A DNA stretch of 62,774 nt, filler included. It is 4 parts of 4 records of this genome, joined end to end, with 100 filler letters (N's around TTAATTAATTAA, not from the genome) between each part and the next. Parts side by side here need not be neighbours in the genome. Positions count along the whole stretch, not along the records: positions 21,656 to 41,107 come from DRR378314_1746; positions 41,208 to 56,267 come from DRR378314_1762; 2 more parts are not named here. The stretch is one strand, 5' to 3'. The notes under the pieces were generated by a model. The model saw nothing but the letters and a program-made list of their open reading frames with translations. It ran no database searches and was not told the origin of the DNA. Position numbers and translations under genes: made by a program. Positions 38,585-51,700 of this stretch are shown piece by piece (position 1 is the stretch's first letter; each line of letters opens with the position of its first letter).

Positions 38585-39268
38585 TCAGGATCCGGTCGCG
38601 GCGGCGCGGATGTTGCGGATGTTGTCGCCATAGACCTGCGGCGTGTCGACGGAGCCGCCGCGGAACACCGCAGAGCCCGCCACCAGCACATCTGCGCCCG
38701 CCTCGGCCACCAGCGGCGCGGTGGTGGTGTCGACGCCCCCGTCGATCTCGATATGCACCGGGCGGTCGCCGATCATCTGGCGCAGGGCGCGCACCTTGCC
38801 GGTCATGTCGATGAACTTCTGACCGCCAAAGCCCGGGTTCACCGTCATCACACAGATGAGGTCGGTGAGATCCAGAAGATGCGCCACTGCCTCGGCCGGG
38901 GTGCCGGGGTTAAGCGCCACGCCTGCCTTCATGCCGGCACCGCGAATGGCCTGCAGGGTGCGGTGAATATGCGGGCCGGCCTCCACATGGGCGGTGAGCA
39001 CATCTGCCCCTGCTTCGGCATAGGCATCGATATAAGGATCGACCGGCGCGATCATCAGGTGCACGTCCATCACGGTCTTCACATGCGGACGGAACGCTTT
39101 CACCGCGGCCGGGCCAAAGGTGAGGTTGGGCACAAAATGCCCGTCCATCACATCCACATGCACCCAGTCGGCGCCCTGGGCCTCGATGGCTTGGATCTCC
39201 TGGCCGAAATTGGCGAAATCCGCCGACAGGATGGACGGGGCAATCTTGATGGAACGGTCAAAGGTCAT
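38585..39268 (-). CDS. rpe: Ribulose-phosphate 3-epimerase
   Basis: [32 protein letters not shown] and IEIDGG. Confidence 0.97.
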   Translation of the reverse strand: MTFDRSIKIAPSILSADFANFGQEIQAIEAQGADWVHVDVMDGHFVPNLTFGPAAVKAFRPHVKTVMDVHLMIAPVDPYIDAYAEAGADVLTAHVEAGPHIHRTLQAIRGAGMKAGVALNPGTPAEAVAHLLDLTDLICVMTVNPGFGGQKFIDMTGKVRALRQMIGDRPVHIEIDGGVDTTTAPLVAEAGADVLVAGSAVFRGGSVDTPQVYGDNIRNIRAAATGS

Positions 39269-39510
39269 CGGCGGGGATCCTTGGCAGGGGAGCAGGGAGG
39301 TGTGAGTCTGTAAAAACTGCGCGCGGTATAGCGCCTAGGGCCGCTGCTGCACAGGGTGAGTCTGCGCCCGCCCGAGCGGATGACCCAGAGCCCCGCGCCA
39401 TCCACGCGATAGAAATGCGGAGCAATGGGGCCAGATGCGCGGCAGGGAAGGCTGGAGGCGCGGATGCGGCTGTCGCCGAGATCTTACCGCTGTGTCACGA
39501 AAATCGGGGC

Positions 39511-39541
39511 AAGTTACAAAAGTTTTATATCGATGACACAA
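39511..39541 (+). promoter_or_regulatory. Putative Pho box upstream of phnC
   Basis: GTTAC (39513), TTTAT (39524) and GACAC (39535) recur at 11-bp spacing with A/T-rich spacers, resembling PhoB GTCAT/C direct repeats. Confidence 0.5.
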
Positions 39542-39591
39542 ATGATTTGGTGATCATGCGTAGGCAGTCGCGGAACCAAAGGGGGCCGCAC

Positions 39592-40410
39592 GTGCTGCGT
39601 ATCAACAAACTGACCAAGAGATTCGGCGACAAAACGGCTGTGGACGCCGCGACGCTCGATATCGACAAACCCTGCATGCTGGGCATCATCGGACGCTCGG
39701 GTGCTGGCAAATCCACTCTGCTGCGGATGCTCAACCGTCTTGGCGATGCGACCGAAGGGTCGATCACCTTTGAAGGCCGCGACATCACCAGGCTGAAGGG
39801 CAAGGACAAGCGCGCCTGGCAGTCGGATTGCGCGATGATCTTTCAGCAGTTCAATCTGGTGCCGCGCATGGATGTGGTGTCGAACGTGTTGCACGGAACG
39901 TTGAACCACCGCTCCACGCTGGCGACCATGTTCAACCTCTATCCGATGTCGGACATCCACAAGGCGATCGACATTCTCGACCGTCTGGGCATCGCCGATC
40001 ATGCACCGAAGCGGGCCGAGGCCCTGTCCGGCGGCCAGCAACAGCGCGTCGCAATTGCCCGCGCCCTGATGCAGGACCCCAAGATCATTCTTGCCGATGA
40101 GCCGATCGCCTCGCTCGACCCGATGAACGCACAAACCGTGATGGAAGCCCTGCGCCGCATCCACGAGGAAGACGGCCGCACCGTGGTTGCAAACCTGCAC
40201 ACGCTGGATACCGCGCGGCGCTACTGCGACCGGGTCGTTGGCATGCGCGACGGTCGCATCGTCTTTGATGGCCTGCCGGAGCAGCTGACCACCGGCGTTG
40301 CCCGCGAAATCTACGGCGCGGGCGCGGATTTCTCCGAGGCCGCCACCTCCACCGCAATCGAAACCCTGGAGCAGACAGAGGCGGTTCGCACCGCCGAAGC
40401 CTACGTCTGA
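39592..40410 (+). CDS. phnC: Phosphonate ABC transporter ATP-binding protein
   Basis: [30 protein letters not shown] and [14 protein letters not shown] start. Confidence 0.93.
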   Translation: MLRINKLTKRFGDKTAVDAATLDIDKPCMLGIIGRSGAGKSTLLRMLNRLGDATEGSITFEGRDITRLKGKDKRAWQSDCAMIFQQFNLVPRMDVVSNVLHGTLNHRSTLATMFNLYPMSDIHKAIDILDRLGIADHAPKRAEALSGGQQQRVAIARALMQDPKIILADEPIASLDPMNAQTVMEALRRIHEEDGRTVVANLHTLDTARRYCDRVVGMRDGRIVFDGLPEQLTTGVAREIYGAGADFSEAATSTAIETLEQTEAVRTAEAYV

Positions 40411-40478
40411 CCCTGACCCCTTTCATCATCCCGGGGCCAGTATGGTGTCGGGCCAACCCACAACCGGAGTATTCCACG

Positions 40479-41107
40479 ATGAAACACCTGATCCTTGCCG
40501 CACTGGCCTCCACCGCCCTGACCACACCCGTCATGGCTGACGACATCTCTGAATTTCGCATCGGCATCCTCGGCGGCGAGAACGCCCAGGACCGTCTGAA
40601 CTCCAACGAATGCCTGCGCGCCAAGACCGAAGAACTGCTGGGCGTTGAAACCAAGCTGTTCGCCCCTGCCGACTACAACGGCGTGATCCAGGGTCTGCTG
40701 GGTGGCACCATCGACATGGCATGGCTGGGTGCATCCGGCTACGCAAAGACCTATCTCTCCGACCCCGAAGCGGTTGAGCCGGTTCTGGTCAAGGTCAACG
40801 TAGATGGCGGGTACGGCTACTACTCTGTTGGTTTCGCGCATAAAGACAGCGGCATCGAGGCACTGGAAGACGTCAAGGGCAAGGTCTTCGGCTTCGGTGA
40901 TCCGAACTCCACCTCCGGCTACCTGATCCCCTCCATCGAGATCCCGCAGGCCACCGGCTCCACCATGCAGTCCGGCGACTACTTCGGCGAAGTGAAATTC
41001 ACTGGCGGCCACGAGCAGACCATCGTTGCGGTTGCAAACGGTGACATCGACGCAGGCGTGACCTGGGCCGACGGTCTGGGCAACTGGGAAGACGGCTACA
41101 ACTCCGG
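40479..41107 (+). CDS. phnD: Phosphonate ABC transporter substrate-binding protein, 3' end cut by the contig boundary
   Basis: Signal peptide, ADYNGVIQG, DPNSTSGY and GGHEQ. Follows phnC. Confidence 0.92.
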
Positions 41108-41207
41108 NNNNNNNNNNNNNNNNNNNNNNNNNNNNNNNNNNNNNNNNNNNNTTAATTAATTAANNNNNNNNNNNNNNNNNNNNNNNNNNNNNNNNNNNNN
41201 NNNNNNN
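41108..41207. other. Artificial contig spacer (bacterial to eukaryotic junction)
   Basis: Same N44-TTAATTAATTAA-N44 linker. Confidence 0.98.
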
Positions 41208-44200
41208 CGGCCTTCTTCCGCGGACACCCATGAACCGTCACTCCCACCTGCCTCCCTTAGACGCGCCGCACTTGCCCGCCCGCGCACGCCGTTGCGCGCA
41301 CCTTTCTGTTTGCGGGGCCCACGAAGCGGTTCGTCAGTGTGCTCGGTCTCAGACTCTGACGAATGGTCACTACTGTGGTCGCTGTGCGAGGATTTGCTTG
41401 AGCTGTTCCCGTGATGCACAGAGCGCGGAAGCTCGCCAGCATGCACCTCGTAACCGCTTGAGGCGCTCCGGCCAACGTCCTTGGCCAACTGCACCTCAGC
41501 AGCGCTGGCGCGATCGATACAGAACTCCCCATCAATGCGCGACACAGCATCAAAGACGACGAGAGGGTATTCGCCAGGCTTCAAAAGCACGAGAGGATTA
41601 TGATCGATTGCCGAGTCAAACACCGGCGGAAGAGGCGTTTTCTGGCTCATTCTTTTCGTTTCGCGGGAATACATCGCGTGGATGCGGCATCGCCCTTTCA
41701 GCAATCGCACGCGCACGGCCACGGGGTGCGACTCGCGCGAGAGCCCAGCAATCACAGCGTGAAGAGAGCGCTTGGCGTCCAATGATACATGAAATGCTTC
41801 ACCCACGTGCACTCGCAGCTCTTGCTTCACTTTTGCAGGCAGAATCTCGTGTACGACAACATTACCTGTCGCCTCTGCACTGTCCGTTGAAACCGAGAAA
41901 TGCACCCATTGCGCATCAGAGGGGAGATCGCGCGGCCGGACGAGCAGCCCACTTGCCGCGCTCGCCATTAAAGTGCAGTGCCGCGCTGTTGGTCCACGGT
42001 GTGCTGGATCATAATAAAGCACTACATTTGACAGCGTGCTATTGTTTGGTCCCTCCGATTTTCCACCCGCTTTCCGTGTGAGCAAGCTACGCGCGCGTGG
42101 CTGCGCCGCTGTCCGGCTGGGGAGAGTGCGTGCCGGAGAACACTCAACGCGCAGCGACGCTCCCTGGATGCCGCGATGGAACACGGAGAACGCCAATTGG
42201 CCTTCTTTCGATACGCAAAACGGAATCTCGTGGCCAGTTACTATGGTCCTTGATCCCGCATTCCACACTGCCCTAGCACGGCAGTGCATCGCAGATGTAG
42301 CACGAAGCGACAGGAGCAACGGTGCACAATGGTAGCCGCGCTCACTTTCACCAATCGAAAACGATGGCGATTGCCCGTCAAGAACCCTTTGCCACATGGG
42401 TGTAGAGCTCGAGGATTGCCCATCCACATACTTTGCTTGCAGTGTTACGGATTCTTGGGCGGATGGGAACGACAACTCTAGCAGGAATCCGCCGTGTACA
42501 TCTTCAATATCGGCAACAAGGTCGCAGACGCTCTCGGGCGAAAAATTCAGCAGAGTCCACGCGCCGCACTCCAACTTTCGCGCACTGGCTGCAGTCTGCG
42601 CGGCGGATGTCATAGGGGTAGCATTGCTTTCGATGCGCTCGTCTCCGTTTTCATCGACTTCATACTGCCACTTGTACGAACAGTTATCAAACGCAAAGAT
42701 GGAGACGTATAAAGATCCGTCGAGGGGATTTTCGTCCGAAGCTTGTATCTGAATCTCGCGCGGGCTGTCGACTTGGTACGTCCAAGTTGCGCCGTTGCCG
42801 TTTAGGTTCGGGTGGAACCCGACCCGAGATCCGTTAGCGACACGCCCATCGTGATCATCCTCTTCGCTGCTTACGATATCTTCATCTGGAAATGTGCCAT
42901 CGCGCGATGCGATCACGTCAAGGTCGCCTGAAACTTCAAAGAAGCGCAAGCAGACACTTCGAACTGCGCGGGGAAGAGCCAAGCGGTATAGCGACGTCTC
43001 TGAAGAGCCAGCAACCACGCGGAGCCGCTGCAGCGGGACGACGTTCATAAAAACATCATCGTTCGATGGTGATAGCAGCCTAACATCCTTAGCCTTTGCA
43101 AAGTGACCGCAATTTTGCTCTGTTTCAAAGTATCGTCTCCCAGAAACTTTGCCGTTGTGCTCCCCGACAGGCTGTAGGAGCTCCAGCCCAACCCAGACGA
43201 CATTGTCGCCGCCAAAGTCGGTGGTTCCTACAAAGCGCACAATACCCTTCAGACCTGAGGACGCGTCACACGCAAGAGCGTGCATATTTTCTTGTGTTAC
43301 ATAGCTATGCGAATGAACCAGGAGAGTTTTCGCGGGCGACTTGGGAATGGGGCGTCCCGAGTTCGCGCGAGCGCGAGGCGAGCGCCTGGCCTGCGAGAGA
43401 GCCTGCAGTGCTCCCTGGCGAGACGATGGGGCACCGGTGTCCGCCGTAGCGCGGAGACGCAGCACAGAGTACTCATTTGCCTCAACTTTCACGTATACAC
43501 GTTGACGCGACTGCGATACTTTGTCAAGAGGAACGCGGAATTGGTCGCCGTCTGCTGTGTCCAGAACGTGGCGTCCCTCCGGTGACTGGCCGACGAGCTG
43601 TTCCAAAGACGCAGATACCGTGGGCTCGCCGCCTTGCACAGGTATCGCCTCCACCACAAGGGCTCCAGGTATGCCAGCCTTTTTCTTATTCGGGAGTACA
43701 ATTGTTCGATACTGGGGAATACCCGGCGGAACGTGAATTTCTTCTGCAGGAGCTCCCAAGTCAAGCTGCGGATGGGTTATGCGCGATAGCGGTACAGCGG
43801 AGATTTCCGCTGCCGCAGACTCTCCGTGAGGGCTGAACAGCCCAATCACTGCGGAAACTTCCCTACCACGCGCAGGACCAGCGTTTGGTTCAGATTTCGG
43901 AGTGAGCTGCTTAGAGTCTTGCATTCCAATAGCAACAGGAGTGCTGCGCAGTGCACTACCCGCTTGCACTCCTTCGAGAAGATCGGAAAGAACGAAGAGC
44001 GCCCGCGTGCGCTGCGCTAATGCATACGAGCCGGGGACGTGGCTGCAGAGAAGACGGGCAGCAAGGCAGGAGCTTGTAGATGCAAATGCGACCGCAAATC
44101 GCACGTTATTAGAGGTGACATCAACTACAAGACATATGGGATCGTTTTGGCCTTGGATCGCCGCTGGAATTTCGTACGCTGTGATTTCGTGGGGAGAAAG

Positions 44201-46801
44201 GGTGCACGCCAGAGTGCGGGAAGGCGGGAGTTTTCGCAGTCCCTGGCGCGACGCCCGGTCTAGACATACAGTACTCGGGTGCGCTTCGGTGGAAACCGAC
44301 ACGATCGCGCATGCACGGCCGGTCCAACCCTTTTCTGGTAATAATGAGACGGTGTACGAATTCTTGGACCCCGTTGCAGGCTGCAGTTGCATAGCCAACG
44401 ACTCCGGAACAGGCACGCCAGGCAAGCCAGGAAACACCCCCGGAAAAACGCGGCAGCGAAAGCTCTCTGCACGGAGTTTGCCAGGCTCGTCAACTTCGAC
44501 GCGCAAGGTCTCCGCACCGTTGCCTTGGGTCGATATCCAGACGGGAATTGCAACCGTAGCGCTCTCTTGTCCTTGCGCTTCGCGTTCAAATCGTTGTTGT
44601 GCACTGCGAGATGTACGCATCGCCTGACGGTTGACTCGCTCAGTGCCGATTCGTACAGAGCCCCCTGCTGTTGAAGGCTGTGTCAGACTGCCCCGGTGGC
44701 TTAGCGCGTACTGCAGTTCCGCTGCCACAGCTGAAGATCGCGCGGCGACGCCATGACGCTGCTCTTGACTCGACGCATGAAGTTTATCTTGTGTGATTCG
44801 CAACACGAGAGCCGCCGTGAATCTTGAATCACCAACGGCTCCATGTGCGCTGCCGCCCTCGTCGGTGTTCCCCGCATGGCTGTCTCGTTCTCCGTGCGCG
44901 AGAGAAACAGCAGCGCCGGACGCCGGAAGAGCCACAGACTGCACAAGCTCTAGCTCTCTCTTGGTACTTGCTCGATATATTTGCACATTCCCTCCATGCG
45001 AAATGCGCAACCGCGCTCCGCACAGTAGCGCGAATCGAGGAACCAGCAACGAGACTGCCTGTTCCCGGGTTTGCCCTTGCGCACGGAAAACTGGGATTGG
45101 AGGAGCGTTTGGGACCATCTGGACCACTGCTTCTCCGTCAGTCGCAAAACCGATTCGTAAACAAACATGTTCTTCTTGTGCATCACGTTTCGATGTACCA
45201 TATTCCGGTACCATAGGAACAACGACGGCGAAAAGCTTACGAAACGGAGCAATGTCCCGAACGGCAGTACGGAGGAGCGTCGACTGACCAGGAGAAAGCG
45301 CAATCTTCCCCGTTGCCACTACCCCTTGCATTCTGTTCTCCCGCTCATTTCCTCCGCCATTCTTTAGGAATGATTTCGTAAATGATTTCTCTGGCGGTTT
45401 TGTAAGAAGAGCAACCATGCATTCCTTGATGCGCAGACTGGATGTCCGTTTCCCGCCTTGTCGCGCGTGAGATAACGAGTCCGCACTTTGCTCGGCTGGG
45501 ATGGAGAGCCGCAATACTGCTTCGTCGCCTATGGGCGGAACTTCGGTGCACAGATGCACATCACTGCGCGGTTGCCACATCAGGTTCGATTCCCACCCAA
45601 AAGGCAGGAACTGCACTTCACCATTGAAACGCGCTGAGACGGCCAGCAATGTCTCTGCTGGCGCCACAAGCCGTATGAAAAGCACTCCAGGGGAAAACAA
45701 AGGATCGTCGGCGCGAACGATCAGCGTAGCCCGTGCTTCATCCTGCGCTCGCCACTCGCAGGACTGGTCACTGGGCTCCCGATGGATAAATGACGTAAAT
45801 ACTTGAATCACCGAGTTCGTCTGGGCACGCCTCGTCTGGGAGAGAGACTGATCGTGTGCCTCATTCACGCTTTCGACCAGCAAGCGCAGTCCGGCAGCGG
45901 GCTCGGTGATGTAGGCCCAAAGAGGGAGCGACCCATCAGAGGCAACGCGAAGCACCTGTCGCTGTCCGGGCCATAGCTGAGGACTGCCAGGGCCTAGAAC
46001 CGGAGTAGATTTTTCGATGCGGGCAATGGACGACTCGGCTGTCGTACCGGGAAATCCCTGTTCATTGCAGATGAGAGAGAAACCAATGAAAAAGATCAGA
46101 TAAGTGGAAAAAAGTAGCGAGTAGCTTTGCTACCGCAGCCGCGGGTTCTCTGTCCGGGGAGGGGAAGGACGGACGGCGTTGCCAAGGCGAGTGACACGCG
46201 GCAGCCGAAACGATTCGAATATGCAAGAAAGATTCAACCGAATTCCGCTCTACGGCCGCTCTCGTAAAACATTCATGTGTTACTTATCTTGCGTTTACCA
46301 TCCAGGCGTGCGCAGCAAGTACGTGCGACGATGTGCGGGACAATACCGATGCCCCCCCCCCCGACCTACCAGTCGTACCTGGGAAGGGACGCCACGAATG
46401 CCGTGGCCGGAACTATGGCTGACGTCGCTCGCTTCCGCACTCTCGCCTTCAGACGGACTGTCAAGGTGTTCATCGGAATGGGTCTCGATAAAATCTGTGA
46501 TATCTTCAATTGGACCTAATTTTGAGATCGGAGTTACAGTGGCTACTCGCTGCGCATCGGTGGAGGAAGCCCGAGGGCGCTGTGGTGTAGCGATCGAGGG
46601 ATACTTCAGTGGTTCAGGCGACGCCGAGCCGTCGGAGCTCGCGTGCCCCGAATGGCTGCTCGCGTACCCCTGCAAATGCTCATCGGCTGCCGTCTTACTT
46701 TTATCCGGCGAAGGAGGAATTTCATCCACGACTGTACGCTTCGGAGTGCTATATTCTTCTCGAAGCGAATCGTCCTCAGAAAAATCACTATGAGAATCCA
46801 T
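41208..46801 (-). CDS. Large eukaryotic CAP-Gly domain protein with repeated beta-rich modules, 3' truncated
   Basis: Exon 46801-46379, phase-0 GT-AG intron 46378-46058, then exon 46057 to the contig end in one open frame. CAP-Gly at about 43075-43255 (GIVRFVGTTDFGGDNVVWVGLELLQPVGEHNGKVSGRRYF). Confidence 0.8.
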
Positions 46802-48719
46802 TCCGCACCGCGGCGCTCGCGCACCTGCGCTCTGAGGAACTGCCTCCGTCGGCCGATGTGCGCCCCAGTCTGTAAAAGCACTACAGGAAGATAGTCAATG
46901 CGATAAAACCATGTCAGATACACGCGCTGCCTTTAAGACTCAGAATGTAAGAATGCGTGCGTTCAACTATGTACGCCACAGCCCCCTCCCCTTCACAGTG
47001 AGTTGTTTGCCTTCCTGTGCATCGAGAAAGCAGCAGAGTGCTCAAGGCATACAGCGTAGGAGGAACCTCGTTGCACGTCACGGCGTGAACACCACGTGAA
47101 TTTTCATCCGCACCAAGGTTTTTGAAGCCCTATCCCTCCTTTGCGATCGCTTACCAGACGCACCACTGAACCAACAGAAGGGACATACATACAGTAATAT
47201 GTGAAGGCCGCAATGTGCAACGACCGGGAGAACGAGCACAGCTACACGATCGCCTCGCGCGTCTAAGGATTCATTTTGCTCAGTGAAGTGTCTCTAGTCA
47301 ATTTACAGTGAGACAACAGGCGCGGTTCTCCTCACGTGGATCACTTTCACATTGCAAAGGTGCAGCGCTGTGAGAGAATTTTTTGTGAATCAGGAAAGTG
47401 CAAGATGAGCTATTTTCTTTTCTGAGGAGAGAGCGAGTGAAGAAGTATATTTTCATTCTGTTGAGCACCTCATGTGCAATCCAGCCGGCCCTAAGGTTTT
47501 GGAGCTCGGGAACAGAAGCGGGGTGAAATGCTCGAACGCCACTGCGCTATGAGTGCTTGTGGTAAAGGAAGAGAGCGCGAGTACGCAGGCTTTAGCCCAT
47601 GCTTTACAGGCTACACGCTCATATGGTGAAATTGTACTGCATAATCTGCTTCGTGAGCGCCAAACATCATGATCACAGTCGTTGGCGGAGATAGAGAAGA
47701 AGAAAACCATTGCGTCCGAAAACCAAGGGTCGATTTCTATGTGCATCGTAGGGTTTGTGGCGCCCGACTGGACAAGAAAGCCCATGCCATTGCTATTATC
47801 ACACAACGGCGCTGGCGCTCAGAAGCTTGGAGAAACTGACAACACGTAAAACAAATTTTGTTTGTACCATTATTTCAAATTCAGGAGAACTTGCTCAGCG
47901 TGGAAATACGAGCTCTGTTCATGTGTGTGTGGGGAGGTGTTTTTTCTTTTCGTGGTCGCGAGGTACCCTGCGCTTCCGGAATTCGTATCGAAGTGCCGTC
48001 CACGCGAGCACCGAGCAGAGTGCCAGTTTATAAACGGACAAACAATACGGCACGTATTGAAACAGATGCTTTCCGTGCCCAATACGTTACAAAGTAGCAC
48101 ACTTCTCAGCTGCAAAGCGAATGCGCCAATCAGAAAAAAATCGAAAGGGCGGACTAACCTGACTTAGGGACAGAGCGAAGCACGGACGAGCCTCGGTGTC
48201 GTGAGGCCACTGCGAAGACCGTGGAGTGGGGCACGAGGGGCGCGAACTCGCCGCGCGCGCGGAAACCAGAGTCACACTGGGTATGCGCGCGCGTGCGCGT
48301 AGCAGGCGGGCGCTGGTGCTACGGCTAGGCTCGTAGGGCCTCGATGCCCTGCCGCACGAGCTCCTGCGGCAGTCGCTTGCGCCGGCGCGCTACTGGCAAC
48401 CCGAGGCCGGTAGCGTTCCGATCGCGGACAGCCTGCGCGGCGTCTAACCTCGGGGTGGGAAAAGACGGCACATACGCCTTATAAATACCGCTGTGCTAAG
48501 AATATCATTTCTTTATCGAGGTTTCAGGTGGAGCTTGTTTCGTCACCGACTGCTGGCGAGGGTGCCTTGCACGCCCTAAGCGCGCGCCTCGCTCGCACGA
48601 GCGACGCTCACGAATCGTGTCCGCTCTGCACGTCTTCAGAGTAAACTATAACTGCAACGCACTCGAATTTCCGATACTGAAGATCCTGCGCATTTGTTTT
48701 GCGGATTGACTCGGTGTAC

Positions 48720-51700
48720 ATGGTGATTTTCACAGTACACATTCAGCGTGGACAGCGCTTTCCTCTTCTTGGTCCCAAGAGTGCAGGTACTCCGGTGTAC
48801 ATACGCGCATCCCTTGCCGGGGTCGCACGCGAAACGCACCCGCTCCCATGCAGCCAAGATCCGATTTGGAGACCTGATCAAGGTACTTTGGAATGGAATC
48901 TTACAGAAACCGAGTGGAACGGGGTGCTGAAGTCGACAGTCCCATTGAAGCTCGTTGTATGGCTGGCGGAGCGGCAGCTCGGCTTCTGCCTTGTTGACCT
49001 GCGGCGCGCGCTGCCACAGCGGTCGCACAGCGACTTGTCCAGATGGCAGAAGCTGCAAAGTGCCGTAGGCGTGCGCCCAGTTCCCGAGTTGCTTCTCGAC
49101 GTATCGGTTTCACATAGAAACTCATCGGGCGAGAGGGATAGTGCGCAATTTGAGGCATCTCAGACGAACGAAAAGGTTGAGGAAATTTTTTCGCCAAAGG
49201 ACGGCGCGCTCGAGCCGGTACCGCGTCCGAGGTCTGTGGGGCAAGCTGCGGGAGCTTCCTGGTCGCAAACACAAGGTACGAACATCGAGTGTGACAGACA
49301 CGAGACCCGTGTAATATCGGATTCTCATATTAACCTGACATATTTCTTTGTGTATCTATGACGAGGTTGTAAACTTCCGCGACAAAGCACGAACTCGCGA
49401 TGGGCAGCTCTTAGGACACGTCTTCCCCCACGGCCACCATTGCAACAAGTAGCGCCTCGGGATATCGTGCCCGAAGCTCTACGCGCAATGCAATCACCGC
49501 GACTGCTCTTACGCAGGTATACGGCGGTTCCACTGAACTTGCACAAACATTTTGACAGGAGTTGAAGAAGATTCTGTCCGTTCAGAGGAAGCTGTTTCCG
49601 TGGGGGAACGTGCGCCTCGGAACAGCAGCGGTGGCACCACTCTTGCCGGAGCAGATGTGGATGAACGCGGCGACTTCTTACCTCAAAATGACGACAGTGG
49701 AGCGAAAGCTACCTCTGCATCCCACGTAACAGATCGAAACAAAGTATACAATGGACAAGCTAACGATGAACTGTCTATAGCAGACTCCGCAGAAACTTCG
49801 AATTTAGTAGAGAGAAACGTAAACTCTGGCCCAGACACTGCCGAACATGCTCATGAAGCAGACAGAGAAGCCGATAGCGCTGGCCCTTTCGTAGGAGCCC
49901 TGCGCGTTAGTCTGATAATCCAGCGATTTTTTCTCAGCACTTCGCTATCAACGAAAACCATTCGCATTCGAACCTCCCTGGAACCATTTGCATCGCAATC
50001 GTTCGTCACTGATCCCCCATTGGATGTCTCGGAGCCGTCTATCCTATCGCTGGCGAATGCGAAGATCCAGGCAGTGCGACAGGTGCGCCGGAGCGACATG
50101 GAGTCGTTCCGCTCCCTTACACATGCGAGTGTTGTCGAGCTCATCGGATCTGAGTCTCTCATTCCTATAGCAGCCGGTTCGTTCGACATGATAGCTTCGG
50201 TAAGACCTGTGTTTAGTGTGCCTTTACAAGACAGTGAGCACCGCGCCGTGCTTGCTGTCCCCATATACACGCGGCGCAGCGCTGCCAGCAGCGCTGTGAT
50301 GAATGCGTCTTCCGATGCGCTGTCACAAGCGCATCAACGCACCGAGAACAATGATGCTGGTCTTGAGCAAGCTGGTGAACTACATTTGGAGATTCGGGCT
50401 TCCTTGACGGCGACCAGTACGGACGAGGGTGCAAAGAAACAAGTTATCGTGCCACAAGGACCCGATCACGGTACTTCGGAGGCAACGGTTGGATCTGTGG
50501 TGTTTGCGGCTTCGCCGCCGCCGCCGCTTGCCGCGAATCTCCCCGCTCCTGAGCAGACCCAATTGCAGCCTATTCCTACCGTCAAGGATAATAAAGTGAA
50601 CGCAGAGGGCGATTTGGCTGGCTGGAAGTACGAGCAAGCAGCTCGTTGGGTCAAGCTTGTCGAAGAACGCGAATCCCAGCTCCTTGAAGCGTTTGAAGCC
50701 TGTTGGAGAGCCACCGAGGAAGAAAATGCAAGTCGTGTACACGCGGCTCTGCAAGGTGTAGTGCAGTTAGAAAAGCAGCTCCGCGCTCGAATTCAAGAGC
50801 TTGCTGAACGAGAAGACAAAATTCTTGCAAAGGAAACGGCCCTCGCGCAAGAAATCTCCGAGGTTTCGCGACGTGCGGAGCTTCGAGCCCTCCGAGCGGA
50901 AAGCGATCTCAAAAAGGCAGTCGCCGCCGCCGCCGCGAAAGAGCGAACAGCAGCCTCAGAGGTGTGTTGCGTCGTTGCGAGAATCTCTTCCCACCGATCA
51001 ATCCACGGCTCGCTCCATATCCAAAAGAGCAAACAAAATGAGCGGCGAAAGGTTTTGTATGCAGACTACAGCATCCTATCCACTAGTCCACCCCAGAAGT
51101 GACACGGGGTACGGGCGTAGCGTGTGCACGCGCGTATCTTTCCTGTGCTTTGCCAAGGCATAGCGAAAGCTCTTTGGGAGTATCATCGTTTCCCCTTTTG
51201 ACCTCGCCTCCCACCAGCCGCCAACAGGTTTCCCGATACCTTTGCAGCGATGGTTTACTAGCAGTAGCGCTGTGCTGTTACCTACTCGTTTTCCCTGGCT
51301 TTCAAGGGGCGTGAGATCCTGCTGGTGGTGGTTAAGTCAGGTACTGCGCGAGACACAGGCGAACGGCCACGCAATCGTACACCTCTTCTCGGCGCGCTAC
51401 GGGCACGGCATATTCATTCACTGTACTTTAAACCCTCCTCTGCTTCTGCAATTTCAATGTGATGTCGGTAATTCCTGGCTCCGGCGTGACAGTTGTCCCT
51501 TTGCAAGCGCGAAAGAGATGAAAGCGATCGCTTGTTGCAGAAAACACGAGAGGAACTCGACATGGTGCGCAATGAGCTGTCGTCGCGCCAGTTTCGACTA
51601 CGCGACTCGGAAATGCGAAATCTCGAACAGCAGAATGATAGCCTCAAGCGTTCTATCGACGACAAAACTCGTCAAATTAGTAAACTAGAAAACGAGAAAC

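Noticed and set aside
40479-46801. Apparent bacterium-eukaryote junction suggesting horizontal transfer or endosymbiont integration
   Set aside because: The junction is an artificial N-padded linker and both flanking genes are cut mid-frame.
49366-49516. Possible extra CEP120 exon inside intron 1
   Set aside because: The candidate acceptor/donor pairs give a phase mismatch or an in-frame stop. Direct splicing of 49275 to 49559 keeps the frame.
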